A stretch of DNA of 64,000 nt from a bacterium (GTDB lineage Bacteria; Patescibacteriota; Minisyncoccia; Moranbacterales; UBA1568). The notes beneath the pieces were generated by a model. It was not told the DNA's origin. It ran no database searches and saw only the letters and a list, made by a program, of their open reading frames with translations. The position numbers and the translations under genes are program-made. Positions 48,136 through 57,598 of the stretch are shown one piece after another. The first letter of the stretch is position 1, and every line of letters begins with the position of its first letter. The stretch covers positions 68,934 to 132,933 of the forward strand of contig JAKACP010000001.1 in the NCBI GenBank assembly GCA_021821305.1, written 5' to 3'.

Positions 48136-49125
48136 TTATATCCTCATGAACTTCCGGAGGTAGACCATGTTCTCGCGGACGAGGCGGAGCATATCATAGC
48201 TCCGGTACGACCGACGATCGAGCACGATATCGTAGGCGCCGGGAAAACGTCTCGGCTCGGTGCCGGGAGCGAATCCCGTCTTGAACCGCGTGATGCCCTC
48301 CCAATCGCTTCCCGCCTGCGCACTTCCGTCGACCGTCTTCACTCCGCCGAAATCATACCACGTACAGCCGGCACCGCGCGCGTCCCGTATCGCCGCCCAT
48401 TGGAGAAGGAACGGCGCCATGTATTCGCGTTTCATCGAGGCCGACCCGCCGTGGAGATAGGTCGCCACGCCGCCGTGATGGACGACGAGATTGATGCCGA
48501 GAATATCGCTCCCGGAGAGCGCGACGAAAAGCTTTCCGGTCTTTCCGAGAAACGCGTCGAGCATCCTCCCGTAGTACGCGGCCGGGTGCGGGACGAGGCG
48601 CTTGCGCAGCGCTGTCTCGCGCACGAGCCCCACGAAGGCGTCACGGTATTCATCGTCGCTTGAGACGACCACCCGGACACCCTTCTTCTCCGCAAGGCGG
48701 ATATTGTAGCGCGTTTTCGATTTCATCCCGGCAAGGAGTTCCTCGTCCGGCTTCGAGATATCCATCACGAGCACCTCGCGCGGCTGTACGTCGTGCGGCG
48801 CATTGACCACCCTTTCCCCGCACGCCTGCCGTATCTCCTCAAGGGCCGCGTCGGTATCCGGTTCGATACGCACCCACTTGGCGCCTGCGGCTCGCGCACG
48901 CGCGACAAGGTCCCGGATCGTTTCCCGGTTCGTCGCGACGCGATCCAAGCCTGCTTCCATAATCGGCCCGCGGGGGACATAGAGGTACTTCCCGACGATC
49001 GGGAGCTCATGGACGATCCCGTTCGCGCAAAAATCGTCGCCGGAAAACCTGACGACGTTCTTGCCGGTCGACTCCTGAAATCGGAGCCAACTTTCAGATT
49101 GAAGGAGATCCGGTTCCTGGTGCAT
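48136..49125 (-). CDS. FemABX-family peptidoglycan bridge aminoacyltransferase
   Basis: LLQSESW, YVPRGP, KTRYNIRLA.KKGV, YDFGG, GITRFKTGF. Confidence 0.92.
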   Translation of the reverse strand: MHQEPDLLQSESWLRFQESTGKNVVRFSGDDFCANGIVHELPIVGKYLYVPRGPIMEAGLDRVATNRETIRDLVARARAAGAKWVRIEPDTDAALEEIRQACGERVVNAPHDVQPREVLVMDISKPDEELLAGMKSKTRYNIRLAEKKGVRVVVSSDDEYRDAFVGLVRETALRKRLVPHPAAYYGRMLDAFLGKTGKLFVALSGSDILGINLVVHHGGVATYLHGGSASMKREYMAPFLLQWAAIRDARGAGCTWYDFGGVKTVDGSAQAGSDWEGITRFKTGFAPGTEPRRFPGAYDIVLDRRSYRSYDMLRLVRENMVYLRKFMRI

Positions 49126-49149
49126 GATTCCTGATATATGATCCGATGC

Positions 49150-49722
49150 TTACTTCTTCCCAAGGAGTTTCAGCGCGGCGCGGATGCGCTCGCCGATATC
49201 GCCCACCTCGGGGGATACCATCTTGAGCGCCTCGCGCCCTTCGGTCACGTTGTATCCGAGCGACAAGAGTGCCTGGAGCGCCTCGTGATCCGGCATCGAC
49301 TGGCCGGCGGATTTCCCCGAGGGCGCCGACACCTTGTTCTGGAGTTCGACGATGACGCGCTCGGCGGTCTTTTTCCCCACGCCGGACACCTGCGTCAGAA
49401 TGGACGGATCCTTGTTGATGATCGCCATCCGGATCGTGTCCGGGTCCGCGATCGAGAGGATGCCGAGCGCCGCCTTCGGTCCGATACCGGATATCGTGAT
49501 GAGCAGCTCGAACATGTCGAGCTCATCCTCGGAGAGGAATCCGTAGAGCGCGAGCTGGTCCTCGCGGACATGCGTATGGATATGGAACGCGACCTCCCCC
49601 TGGCCGGCGACCTTGCCGAGCGTATACGCGGAGACCGAGACCTTGTACCCAATGCCGTTCACGTCCACGATGACGTTGCCTCCCCGGATTCCGGCTATTT
49701 TTCCCGCTATCTGTGCGAACAT
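49150..49722 (-). CDS. ruvA: Holliday junction branch migration protein RuvA
   Basis: HVREDQLALYGF, ISGIGPKAAL, GVGKKTAERV, ALLSLGY. Confidence 0.97.
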   Translation of the reverse strand: MFAQIAGKIAGIRGGNVIVDVNGIGYKVSVSAYTLGKVAGQGEVAFHIHTHVREDQLALYGFLSEDELDMFELLITISGIGPKAALGILSIADPDTIRMAIINKDPSILTQVSGVGKKTAERVIVELQNKVSAPSGKSAGQSMPDHEALQALLSLGYNVTEGREALKMVSPEVGDIGERIRAALKLLGKK

Positions 49723-49889
49723 ATGAAAGAGTGAAGCGAAGCGGTGTCCCGCAAAAGTCCTCGTCCTGTCTGTCGATCATTGTACCATTTACCCCGTTTC
49801 CTTGCCAAAATTCCGAGGCTGTGGTAAAAAAGGGAAGTCTCAGCGCATATTTTCATGCTCATTTTTTATTCGACGCTTAAACCAGAACT

Positions 49890-50159
49890 ATGCCGATCAA
49901 GGAAAACGCGAAGAAGTATATGCGGGTGACCGCGAGGAAGACCGCCCAGAACAAGATCGTGAAGGGCGTGCTCAAGAGCGCCGTCAAGAAGACCCGTGAA
50001 GCGGTCGCCGGCGGCAAGATCGACGAGGCCCAGGAGATGCTCAAGAAGGCGCAGAAGGCCTTCGACAAGGCGGCTCAGAAGAACATCATCAAGAAGAACA
50101 CCGCCGCCCGCAAGAAGTCCCGCCTCAACACGCTCGTGAAGAACGCGTCAAAAGCCTAG
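49890..50159 (+). CDS. rpsT: 30S ribosomal protein S20
   Basis: MPIKENAKK...DKAAQKNIIKKNTAARKKSRL. Confidence 0.97.
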   Translation: MPIKENAKKYMRVTARKTAQNKIVKGVLKSAVKKTREAVAGGKIDEAQEMLKKAQKAFDKAAQKNIIKKNTAARKKSRLNTLVKNASKA

Positions 50160-50231
50160 GCTTTTGACGTCCCGCACTCGATGCGGGACCCCCTCACCAA
50201 AGAATAAACTCCCTGCCAGAGGGAGTTTTCT

Positions 50232-50522
50232 TTACGCTGCGTCTAACAAATCTTCCCATTCCGGATTAACGGTCTCAACAAGCGAATCCTTCCATTTTCG
50301 CCTCCATCTCTTAAGTTGCCCTTCCCGGCGAAGAGCCTCCTTCATGTCTGATGCTTTCTCAAAGTAAACCAACTTGTTCACTTTATATTTTCGTGTAAAA
50401 TCAGCTCCGTTTCCACTCCTGTGCTGTTTGAGTCTTCTTGCCAAATCCTTCGTACTTCCAACGTACATCACTTGATGATTCCAGTTCGTCAAAATATAGA
50501 CGTAATAATCGGAATCAGACAT
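50232..50522 (-). CDS. Stand-alone GIY-YIG nuclease
   Basis: YYVYILTN...MYVGST.DLARR..QH...FTRKY.V.KLVYFE...RE.QLKRWRR.WK...NPEWEDL; AT-rich. Confidence 0.92.
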   Translation of the reverse strand: MSDSDYYVYILTNWNHQVMYVGSTKDLARRLKQHRSGNGADFTRKYKVNKLVYFEKASDMKEALRREGQLKRWRRKWKDSLVETVNPEWEDLLDAA

Positions 50523-50531
50523 AAGGTAAAG

Positions 50532-50552
50532 ATCCCGAATCAAGTTCGGGAT
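50532..50552. repeat. REP-like palindrome upstream of the GIY-YIG gene
   Basis: ATCCCGAA-TCAAG-TTCGGGAT. Confidence 0.65.
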
Positions 50553-50562
50553 GAGCTAAAGC

Positions 50563-51516
50563 TCAAAACTTCTTCACGAAGAGCGTGAGGGCGAGTTCGG
50601 GGTCGATCCGGCCGACCTTGAGATCTGAGTCGAGCGAGGCGAGAAGCGAGAATCCGTCGCGAAGACGCGCGAGCGAAAACCCGGACATCCGCGAGAGCAG
50701 TTTCCCGACGACGAAGGGGTGCATACCCGTCGCCTTGGCGATATCCGCCGACCGCATGACACCGCGATCGCACTCACCGCGGACCTTGAGGAGTTCGCGG
50801 AGCTGCCAGGCGAGGAGCCCGAACAGTTTCGGGACTCCGCCGGAATCCGCGCGCGATTCCTCGAGGAGCATCGTAGCCGCCTTGCCCCGGTCGCCCGACA
50901 CAAGCGCGTCGAGCGCCGCGAACACCTTCTCCCTCGGATTCCCGGAGACGAAGCGTTCCACATCCTCAATCGAGACCTCTCCGGATTCCCGATACGAGGC
51001 GAGTGTCCTCGCGTAACCGGAAAGCGTTCCGGAGTCGCCCGGAAAAAGCGCTACGAGCCGATCGGCCGCCGCACGGGAAAACGATATATCCGCCGAGACG
51101 GCACGAGCCTCCTGAGTGAGGAACGTCCGCGCTTCCTCGGCGGACAGGATCGGAAATTCCTCGGTGATATCGGCGTGTTTTTTCAGGAACGTCGCGAGCG
51201 GATCCTTGGCTTTCACCGCACTGTCGGAGACGAACAGGAATCGCGAGGAAGCGGCCGCACCCTTGAGCGCGTCGCATATCCGCTCCTTCTCGTCATCCGC
51301 CACGGAAAACGCGCTCCCGACATCGACGAAGCGCGGCGCGCCGAACAGATCGACCGCACCGGCATCGGCGAGGCGTTTCGCGACACGGAGCGGATCCTCG
51401 TCGGCATCGACCGAGACGGTCTCGCCTTCCGGGCATTCCTCGCGGAAGGCCCGTTTCAGCTCCGAACGGCGCCGCATGAGGCGGAATCGGTCCTTTCCTG
51501 ACAGGAAAATCATCAT
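50563..51516 (-). CDS. holA: DNA polymerase III delta subunit
   Basis: DLFG, VFAALDAL, GMHPFVVGK, DSDLKVG; near rpsT as is common. Confidence 0.85.
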   Translation of the reverse strand: MMIFLSGKDRFRLMRRRSELKRAFREECPEGETVSVDADEDPLRVAKRLADAGAVDLFGAPRFVDVGSAFSVADDEKERICDALKGAAASSRFLFVSDSAVKAKDPLATFLKKHADITEEFPILSAEEARTFLTQEARAVSADISFSRAAADRLVALFPGDSGTLSGYARTLASYRESGEVSIEDVERFVSGNPREKVFAALDALVSGDRGKAATMLLEESRADSGGVPKLFGLLAWQLRELLKVRGECDRGVMRSADIAKATGMHPFVVGKLLSRMSGFSLARLRDGFSLLASLDSDLKVGRIDPELALTLFVKKF

Positions 51517-51599
51517 AGGATTCGTCATTACTCCCCCAGTATACCAAAAGGACAGCATTCCTGCTGTCCTTCCGCCGTCACCCCGCTCCGAGAGGCGCT

Positions 51600-51789
51600 A
51601 GTAACTATCTCAAATCTCATGTCGAACTGAAATGCTGAAATTTCGAGCGAAAAAGCCGAAAAGCGCGGAGGGCTATCGGGATAACCCGACAAACTTTTCG
51701 GGTTTTGCAGCCGAAATTTCAGTGTTTCAGACGACAAGTGTGCGGGATTTTTGCTTGAAATACACGCGGTGAGATTTGAGATAGTTACT
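51600..51789 (+). repeat. Dispersed structured element, copy B (190 bp)
   Basis: Perfect 20-bp terminal inverted repeat AGTAACTATCTCAAATCTCA/TGAGATTTGAGATAGTTACT; shared internal motifs. Confidence 0.85.
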
Positions 51790-52898
51790 TAGGCCTGCTC
51801 CCACTTGTACCCCGTTCCCGGCTCGACGACATTGACCCATATCTGTCCCGGAACGAACTTCACTTCATTCCCGTTCTGATCGAGGAACAGGAGCTTGCTC
51901 GCTATGTTCGTCCGATCCTTCTTCCAGGTGCCGCGGGTCTGCTTGCCGTTCATGTAGTAGAACGCATCCCCGGAGTCCACCTGGTCGCCCCACGGATCGC
52001 CGAACTTGAGGTTGTTGTACTGGCCCTCTATCTGCTCGGACTCGACGAAGATCGTCACGACATTCTTCGGGGCGATGCGGACACCGTTATTGCGATCGGT
52101 ATCCTCGACGTTGCCCCACAGCCGCTTCCACGCGTTGGAATCCTTGTCATAGAAATATTCGACTTCTCCCGAACCCGGGTACCCGATACGCAGGTGCGCG
52201 CTCGACGGACGGTCCGCGAGCGGAGCCTCGTCCTGGTGCGGATACCCGGCGAACCGGTTCTCGAGACCATACCCGAGCGCCTCGGATCGCGCGAAGGCCG
52301 CCTCGACATTGACGCGGCTCGTGTCCTCCACTTTCATGCCGTTCGTCCGTTCGGCTCGGTAGCAGACATCGGATCCGGCCGAATTTCCGGCCGCTCCGGT
52401 GCAATCGATGTTGTCGAGTATCCCCTCCTTGATCTTGTCGAGGGCGAAATGCGACCCGCCCCAGTGGACATAGATCGCGTCGAGGCCCTTGGCAAGATGG
52501 AGGAAGTCATGCCGCGAGGAGCGGACCGCGCCGGCCTCTTTCGGGAGCGTGCACTGGTATACCGCCATGAGCCGGTTGATGGTCGCGGTGATGACCGGCA
52601 TCTCGAACACCATGTCCGCATCGGAGAATCCGGCGGCCGGGCGCGCGGAGAGGTCCGCCGGCTGCATCACGGCCACCGGACGGCGATTCCAGTTCTCGCA
52701 CGACACCCCGGAGAGCGCGCTCACCGGACCGGTGTTCACCGCCGCCTGCGGTCCGGACGAACCTGAAGACGGGTTTTCCATCTGTATCCGATTCACGTTG
52801 GCCTTGCGCATCGCGTCGCGGCCGTAGGTGAAATACACCGCGAGCCCGGCGATGGACATCGCGACGATGGCGATGATCAGTTTCTGTTTCACTGGCAT
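51789..52898 (-). CDS. DUF3048-family membrane-anchored protein
   Basis: RPVAVM, AD.VFE, RLMAVY, VRSSRH, VHWGGS, PGQIWV. Confidence 0.85.
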   Translation of the reverse strand: MPVKQKLIIAIVAMSIAGLAVYFTYGRDAMRKANVNRIQMENPSSGSSGPQAAVNTGPVSALSGVSCENWNRRPVAVMQPADLSARPAAGFSDADMVFEMPVITATINRLMAVYQCTLPKEAGAVRSSRHDFLHLAKGLDAIYVHWGGSHFALDKIKEGILDNIDCTGAAGNSAGSDVCYRAERTNGMKVEDTSRVNVEAAFARSEALGYGLENRFAGYPHQDEAPLADRPSSAHLRIGYPGSGEVEYFYDKDSNAWKRLWGNVEDTDRNNGVRIAPKNVVTIFVESEQIEGQYNNLKFGDPWGDQVDSGDAFYYMNGKQTRGTWKKDRTNIASKLLFLDQNGNEVKFVPGQIWVNVVEPGTGYKWEQA

Positions 52899-53050
52899 AG
52901 GTTTTGGAAATATTCAAACATATTACAGGCGTAATTGTATCACAGGCTGGCCATGACAAGGAAGCGGCGCGCTCGCGACTTGACTTTCCCGACGAAGTGC
53001 GTCAGAACCGGTGTGGAGTTCTTTTCCATTTCCCGAAAGGAGGCAGCGCC

Positions 53051-53587
53051 ATGAACGACCATTCCTACGGACCATCGGCTGTCGTGAGCGATCCTGCGAG
53101 CGACCTCATCAACTCGATGCGGGATACGCTCGAAGAAGCGACCTGCCGCGCCAGAAGAGCGCTCGAACGATACGATATATACGAGACGATCGCCGTCATC
53201 CATCGTGACGGCAGGGAACGTTTCTCGACCAAGGAGTTCTGTCTCCATGCCCTCGATTCCGTCCATGAGCAGCTTGAGCTCCGTCTCGCCGTGGCGATGT
53301 ACGACGTCTTCGCGCCGTGCGTGGGTACGGATCATGAAAAATCACTTGAAAAAAGGTTCAAAGAAAGCCTGAGGAACAGTATCTTCATCCATGATGCGTC
53401 GAAAGGAGAAGAATGGCTCGGAGCGTCGGGGTCACCCACGCAAGCGCTCGAAAAGATCCGCTCGAAGGTACTGCCCCGGATGCTCAAGCTCGTGTCCGCG
53501 ATCGAGGCGGCCACGACGATCGAGCGCCGAAAAGAAACCAAGGAAAAACCGGCGCTCCTCAAACCGCCGATGCTGGCGCTCAGATGA
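53051..53587 (+). CDS. Hypothetical protein
   Basis: SD AAAGGAGG before MNDHSY; promoter-like TTGACT upstream. Confidence 0.65.
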   Translation: MNDHSYGPSAVVSDPASDLINSMRDTLEEATCRARRALERYDIYETIAVIHRDGRERFSTKEFCLHALDSVHEQLELRLAVAMYDVFAPCVGTDHEKSLEKRFKESLRNSIFIHDASKGEEWLGASGSPTQALEKIRSKVLPRMLKLVSAIEAATTIERRKETKEKPALLKPPMLALR

Positions 53588-53681
53588 GGGAAGCCGCAAA
53601 CACGTAAGCCGCCTGACCAATGTGTCAGCGCGGCCTTTTTCATACAAAAAACAAGGGCGCCCGGATATTTCCGTGCGCCCG

Positions 53682-53942
53682 TCAGGGCTGTTGCTCGATT
53701 TTCGGACCGACGAAGAACCGCTGTCCTTCATGGTCGACTTCGCCGTAGATACGGATCGAATATCCGCTTTTCCGGAGATTGTCCTGCGAAAAGATGGAAA
53801 GATCGGGATACCCGTCCACCGGGGCGGGCGTCTCCGTGATTCCATGCGAAAGAACTTCCTTCACCCTCTGTTCGAGGGCATCTGTCAGCTTCAAGGGAAG
53901 CATTTTTCTCTCCTGTTTCGGTATGTTTTCGGTCTCAAACAT
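53682..53942 (-). CDS. Small hypothetical protein
   Basis: 86-aa ORF just downstream of the kinase gene. Confidence 0.5.
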   Translation of the reverse strand: MFETENIPKQERKMLPLKLTDALEQRVKEVLSHGITETPAPVDGYPDLSIFSQDNLRKSGYSIRIYGEVDHEGQRFFVGPKIEQQP

Positions 53943-53962
53943 AGCACATTTCGAGTGAATTG

Positions 53963-54862
53963 TCAATACTTCATGGCTGTTTCGAATTTCCGCTTCGCGT
54001 CCTTGATCGTCTCGAAGTCGCCGGCTTCGATGATATCGGAAACCTCCGAATCGAAATCGAAACGCCTCGCCTTCCCGAAGTCGATGACGCGAGGATCCAG
54101 GGTCTCCCAGTCGATCATGATATTCCGCGCATAGAGATCGAGGTGATAGATCTTCCGTTTGTGCATCTCGACGATGTACGCCTCGAGCTTGCGGAAAAAT
54201 TCCTTGACGTCGAAGTCGCGGCGTTTCAGTTCCATGAGCGCGTCCGGTTGTCGGAGTACGACATCCTCGATGCTCAATCCCCGTATCCGCTCCATGCCGA
54301 TCACGATGAGGTCCGCCTGATGCGCATGGAAATACGCGTGCGGTGTCCGGACGCCCTCCACCGAAAGATCATTGAGGTCGCCGAGAAAGTTCACTTCCCG
54401 ATGCACCGGATTCCCCTTCCGATACGCCCCTTCATCGTGCACGACCTTGTAGCATGCTTTGGGCCATGTCCCGCTCTCGAACACTTTGGCGACCGCGCCC
54501 TCGCCGAGAAAATTCTCCGGGTCCGCGAGTGAGTTCCGTATATCGGCGATCTCCCGGCTCACGCATTCGAGGATCTTCTCGTCCTCCTGCTCGTGGAGCT
54601 CGGCATGCACGAGGTCCGCGTCGATGATATCGACGGCCGAGGCCTCGACGATCCCGTTACGGCGCTTCACGAAATCGTTGATTTTCTCATACGCCGGTTC
54701 CGCATCGAGCTCGGCATCGTCGATCTCGTTTTCGAGCCGCTCCGCGAGCTCGGCCGGCAAACCGCGGAGAAGTGCCTCGGACTGCGACTCATACCACGTG
54801 TCGGACCTCTCCGGGCCTTCCGCCTTCGCGATACCCGGTTGTGGGAAATATTCTCCGATCAT
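53963..54862 (-). CDS. Protein-kinase-like protein (RIO/Bud32/Kdo-type minimal fold)
   Basis: LGEGAVAKV, CYK, HLDLYARNIM, VIDFG; short C-lobe. Confidence 0.82.
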   Translation of the reverse strand: MIGEYFPQPGIAKAEGPERSDTWYESQSEALLRGLPAELAERLENEIDDAELDAEPAYEKINDFVKRRNGIVEASAVDIIDADLVHAELHEQEDEKILECVSREIADIRNSLADPENFLGEGAVAKVFESGTWPKACYKVVHDEGAYRKGNPVHREVNFLGDLNDLSVEGVRTPHAYFHAHQADLIVIGMERIRGLSIEDVVLRQPDALMELKRRDFDVKEFFRKLEAYIVEMHKRKIYHLDLYARNIMIDWETLDPRVIDFGKARRFDFDSEVSDIIEAGDFETIKDAKRKFETAMKY

Positions 54863-54877
54863 ATTCGCTTTCGTTCC

Positions 54878-57598
54878 CTATATCTCTCCCCAATTCTTGC
54901 CGACCGCGGTCTCTGCGACGAGCGGGACGCGGAGCGCATATGCCGCCGCCATTTCCTTTTTCACTTCGGCCGCGAATTCCTCGGCGATATCTTTCTTTAC
55001 TTCGAAGATGAGCTCGTCGTGCACCTGAAGCAGCATCTTTACCCGGAGCGCTTCGTCTGACGATGCGGACGGGCGAGCATCCTTATTGTACCGCGAAACG
55101 AGAGCGTGCGCACGGAGCATCGCGAGTTTCATGATGTCCGCGGCCAGGCCCTGTACCGGCATGTTGATCGCCATCCGCTCGCCGGCGCGCACGAGCGCCG
55201 GGTTGCCGCTCGCCATTTCCGGCACGTAGCGCCGCCGCCCGAGCTCGGTCTCCACATAGCCCTTCTCCTTGGCGGAGATCTTCATATCTTCCATATACTT
55301 CGCGACACCGGGGAATTTCTCGAAATACATCGCGATGAAATCGGCCGCCTTCTTCTGGTCGATACCGAGGTTCTGCGCGAGTCCGTACGCGCTCATGCCG
55401 TACATGAGTCCGAAGTTGAAGACCTTGGCCTCGCGGCGCTGGTCCGGCGTTACGTCTTCCGGCTTCACGTCGTAGACCGCCGACGCGGTCGCGCGGTGCA
55501 CGTCCTGTCCGCGCTCGAACGCCGAGACGAGGTTGGCATCGCCCGAGAGATGCGCCATCACCCGGAGCTCGATCTGCGAATAGTCCGCGCCGACGAGGGA
55601 GAACCCTTCTTCCGCCACGAACGCGCTCCGTATCGCCTCGCTCCACTTCTCCCGCGCGGGGATATTCTGCAGGTTCGGCTCGGTCGACGAAAGCCGACCG
55701 GTCGCGGCCACGGCCTGCTGGTAGGTCGTGTGGAGCCGGGATTCCCGGTCCACGAGCGCCGGGAAGGCATCGAGATAGGTCGTCTTCAGTTTGAACAGCT
55801 CGCGCGCTTCCTCGATGAGCCCGATGATCGGATACTCGCGGAGCTTCTCGAGTTCCGACGACGCGGTCGAGAGGCCCGTTTTCGTTTTTTTGATACCGGC
55901 CGTGGGGATATGGAGATCGCCGAAGAGGATCTCCGCGAGCTGTTTCGGGGAATTGATATTGAACTCCCGCCCGGCGAGGTCGTAGATCTTCTTTTCGATC
56001 GCCGAAAGTTCGGTACCGAGCTCGCCGGAGAGCTTCCTGAATTTTTCCGTATCGAGCCTGATGCCATACTCCTCCATTTCGGCGAGTATCGGGATGAGCG
56101 GCATTTCGACCTCCGTGAAGAGGCGTCCCATATTCCACTCGGAGTCCTGCTCGTCGCAGATCGTCTGGAGCCGTTCCGACAGCCTCACCGAGAGATCACG
56201 GAGGGAAAGCGCCTTGGTCTCGAGCGCCTCTTCGCCGAGTTCGGCGATGACGAGGTGGTCGAACTCGACCCGCGTTCCGGCCTGGAGGAGATACGCCGCA
56301 AGCATCGCGTCGGATGCGATTCCTCGGAGCACGATACCCTCTCTCTTCAGGACGTGCCAGGCCGCCTTCGCATCATAGAAAATCTTCCCGCGATTCTCGT
56401 CCTCGAAAAATCCCTTGAGCGGTTTCTTCGTCTCCTCGTTCCATTCGATGACAATGTTTTGTACGTTGTCACCCCGGACCCGATCCGGGGTCTGAACTCC
56501 CGCTTTCGCGGGAATGACAGGATTGAAAGCCACCTCCACCTTCGCGATTCCCGCACCGCCGAAGAGCGACGCCTCGCCCGAATGGATCCACACCGCCGCA
56601 TCCCCTCCGATTTCCCCCAGGAACTTCTCCATCTCGGATTTTTCTTTCAGTACTTTTGTTTTCTTGCTTCTTATTTCCTGTTTTTTTGCATTTGTTTCTT
56701 GTTTCTTGTTTCCCGTTTCTTGTTCATTGCCCACTGGCAGCCGTTTCAGGAGACTCCAGAATTCGAATTCCCTCAGGAGGGCCGCGACCTTCTCGCGGTC
56801 ATAGTCATGGGCCACGCAGGCCATCGCGTCGAATGATACCGGGGCATCCGTCCGGATCGTCCCGAGGTCCTTGGAAAAAAACGCGCTCTCTCGCTCCGCT
56901 TCGAGTTTTTTGCGTACCGACTCCTTGATATCCGGAAGTTTTTCATATATCGCCTCGAGTGTCCCGTGCGCCTTGAGGAGATCCGTCGCGGTCTTGGCGC
57001 CGATGCCGGATACGCCGGGAATATTGTCCGACGCATCGCCGGCGAGACCCTTGTAGTCGGGGATCGCCTCGGGGGGGAACCCGTACTTTTCGATCACCGC
57101 CTCGCGATCATAGAGCACGAGGTCCTTGAGTCCCTTGCGGATCGAGAACACCTTTACCAAAGGCGACACGAGCTGGAGCGCGTCGTTGTCTCCGGTCACG
57201 ATGATCGCCTCGATGCCCTCGGCTTCGGCCTGCTTCGCGATCGTGCCCACGCAGTCATCCGCTTCGAAACCCTCCCGCTCGTAGATCGGGATATTGAACG
57301 CGGTCACGAGCTCCTTGACCCGCGGGATCTGCGCGTAGAGATCGTCCGGCGCCTTGGTCCGGGTCGCCTTGTAGTCGGCGTACATCTCGTCGCGGAAGGT
57401 GGGCCCGGCGAGGTCGAACGACGCCGCGATATAGTCGGGCTTGAATTTCTCGAGCACGGAGAGGAGTGTCATAGCGAATCCGTACACCGCCCCGACCGGC
57501 TCGCCCGTCTTGGTCATGAGTGGCGGCAGAGCATGGTACGCCCGGTGGATGAGCGCATTCCCGTCGAGGAGAATCAGTTTTTTCGGTTTGACGTTCAT
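54878..57598 (-). CDS. polA: DNA polymerase I
   Basis: LDGNALIHRAYHA, GDASDNIPGV, TGRLSSTEPNLQNIP, ADYSQIELR, LLQVHDELIFE. Confidence 0.98.
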   Translation of the reverse strand: MNVKPKKLILLDGNALIHRAYHALPPLMTKTGEPVGAVYGFAMTLLSVLEKFKPDYIAASFDLAGPTFRDEMYADYKATRTKAPDDLYAQIPRVKELVTAFNIPIYEREGFEADDCVGTIAKQAEAEGIEAIIVTGDNDALQLVSPLVKVFSIRKGLKDLVLYDREAVIEKYGFPPEAIPDYKGLAGDASDNIPGVSGIGAKTATDLLKAHGTLEAIYEKLPDIKESVRKKLEAERESAFFSKDLGTIRTDAPVSFDAMACVAHDYDREKVAALLREFEFWSLLKRLPVGNEQETGNKKQETNAKKQEIRSKKTKVLKEKSEMEKFLGEIGGDAAVWIHSGEASLFGGAGIAKVEVAFNPVIPAKAGVQTPDRVRGDNVQNIVIEWNEETKKPLKGFFEDENRGKIFYDAKAAWHVLKREGIVLRGIASDAMLAAYLLQAGTRVEFDHLVIAELGEEALETKALSLRDLSVRLSERLQTICDEQDSEWNMGRLFTEVEMPLIPILAEMEEYGIRLDTEKFRKLSGELGTELSAIEKKIYDLAGREFNINSPKQLAEILFGDLHIPTAGIKKTKTGLSTASSELEKLREYPIIGLIEEARELFKLKTTYLDAFPALVDRESRLHTTYQQAVAATGRLSSTEPNLQNIPAREKWSEAIRSAFVAEEGFSLVGADYSQIELRVMAHLSGDANLVSAFERGQDVHRATASAVYDVKPEDVTPDQRREAKVFNFGLMYGMSAYGLAQNLGIDQKKAADFIAMYFEKFPGVAKYMEDMKISAKEKGYVETELGRRRYVPEMASGNPALVRAGERMAINMPVQGLAADIMKLAMLRAHALVSRYNKDARPSASSDEALRVKMLLQVHDELIFEVKKDIAEEFAAEVKKEMAAAYALRVPLVAETAVGKNWGEI
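56468..56518 (-). repeat. 51-bp double-hairpin palindromic element in frame within polA
   Basis: GTCATTCCCGCGAAAGCGGGAGTTCAGACCCCGGATCGGGTCCGGGGTGAC encodes VIPAKAGVQTPDRVRGD. Confidence 0.8.
56659..56728 (-). repeat. Ten degenerate AAGAAAC heptamers within polA
   Basis: AATGAAC AAGAAAC GGGAAAC AAGAAAC AAGAAAC AAATGCA AAAAAAC AGGAAAT AAGAAGC AAGAAAA. Confidence 0.75.
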
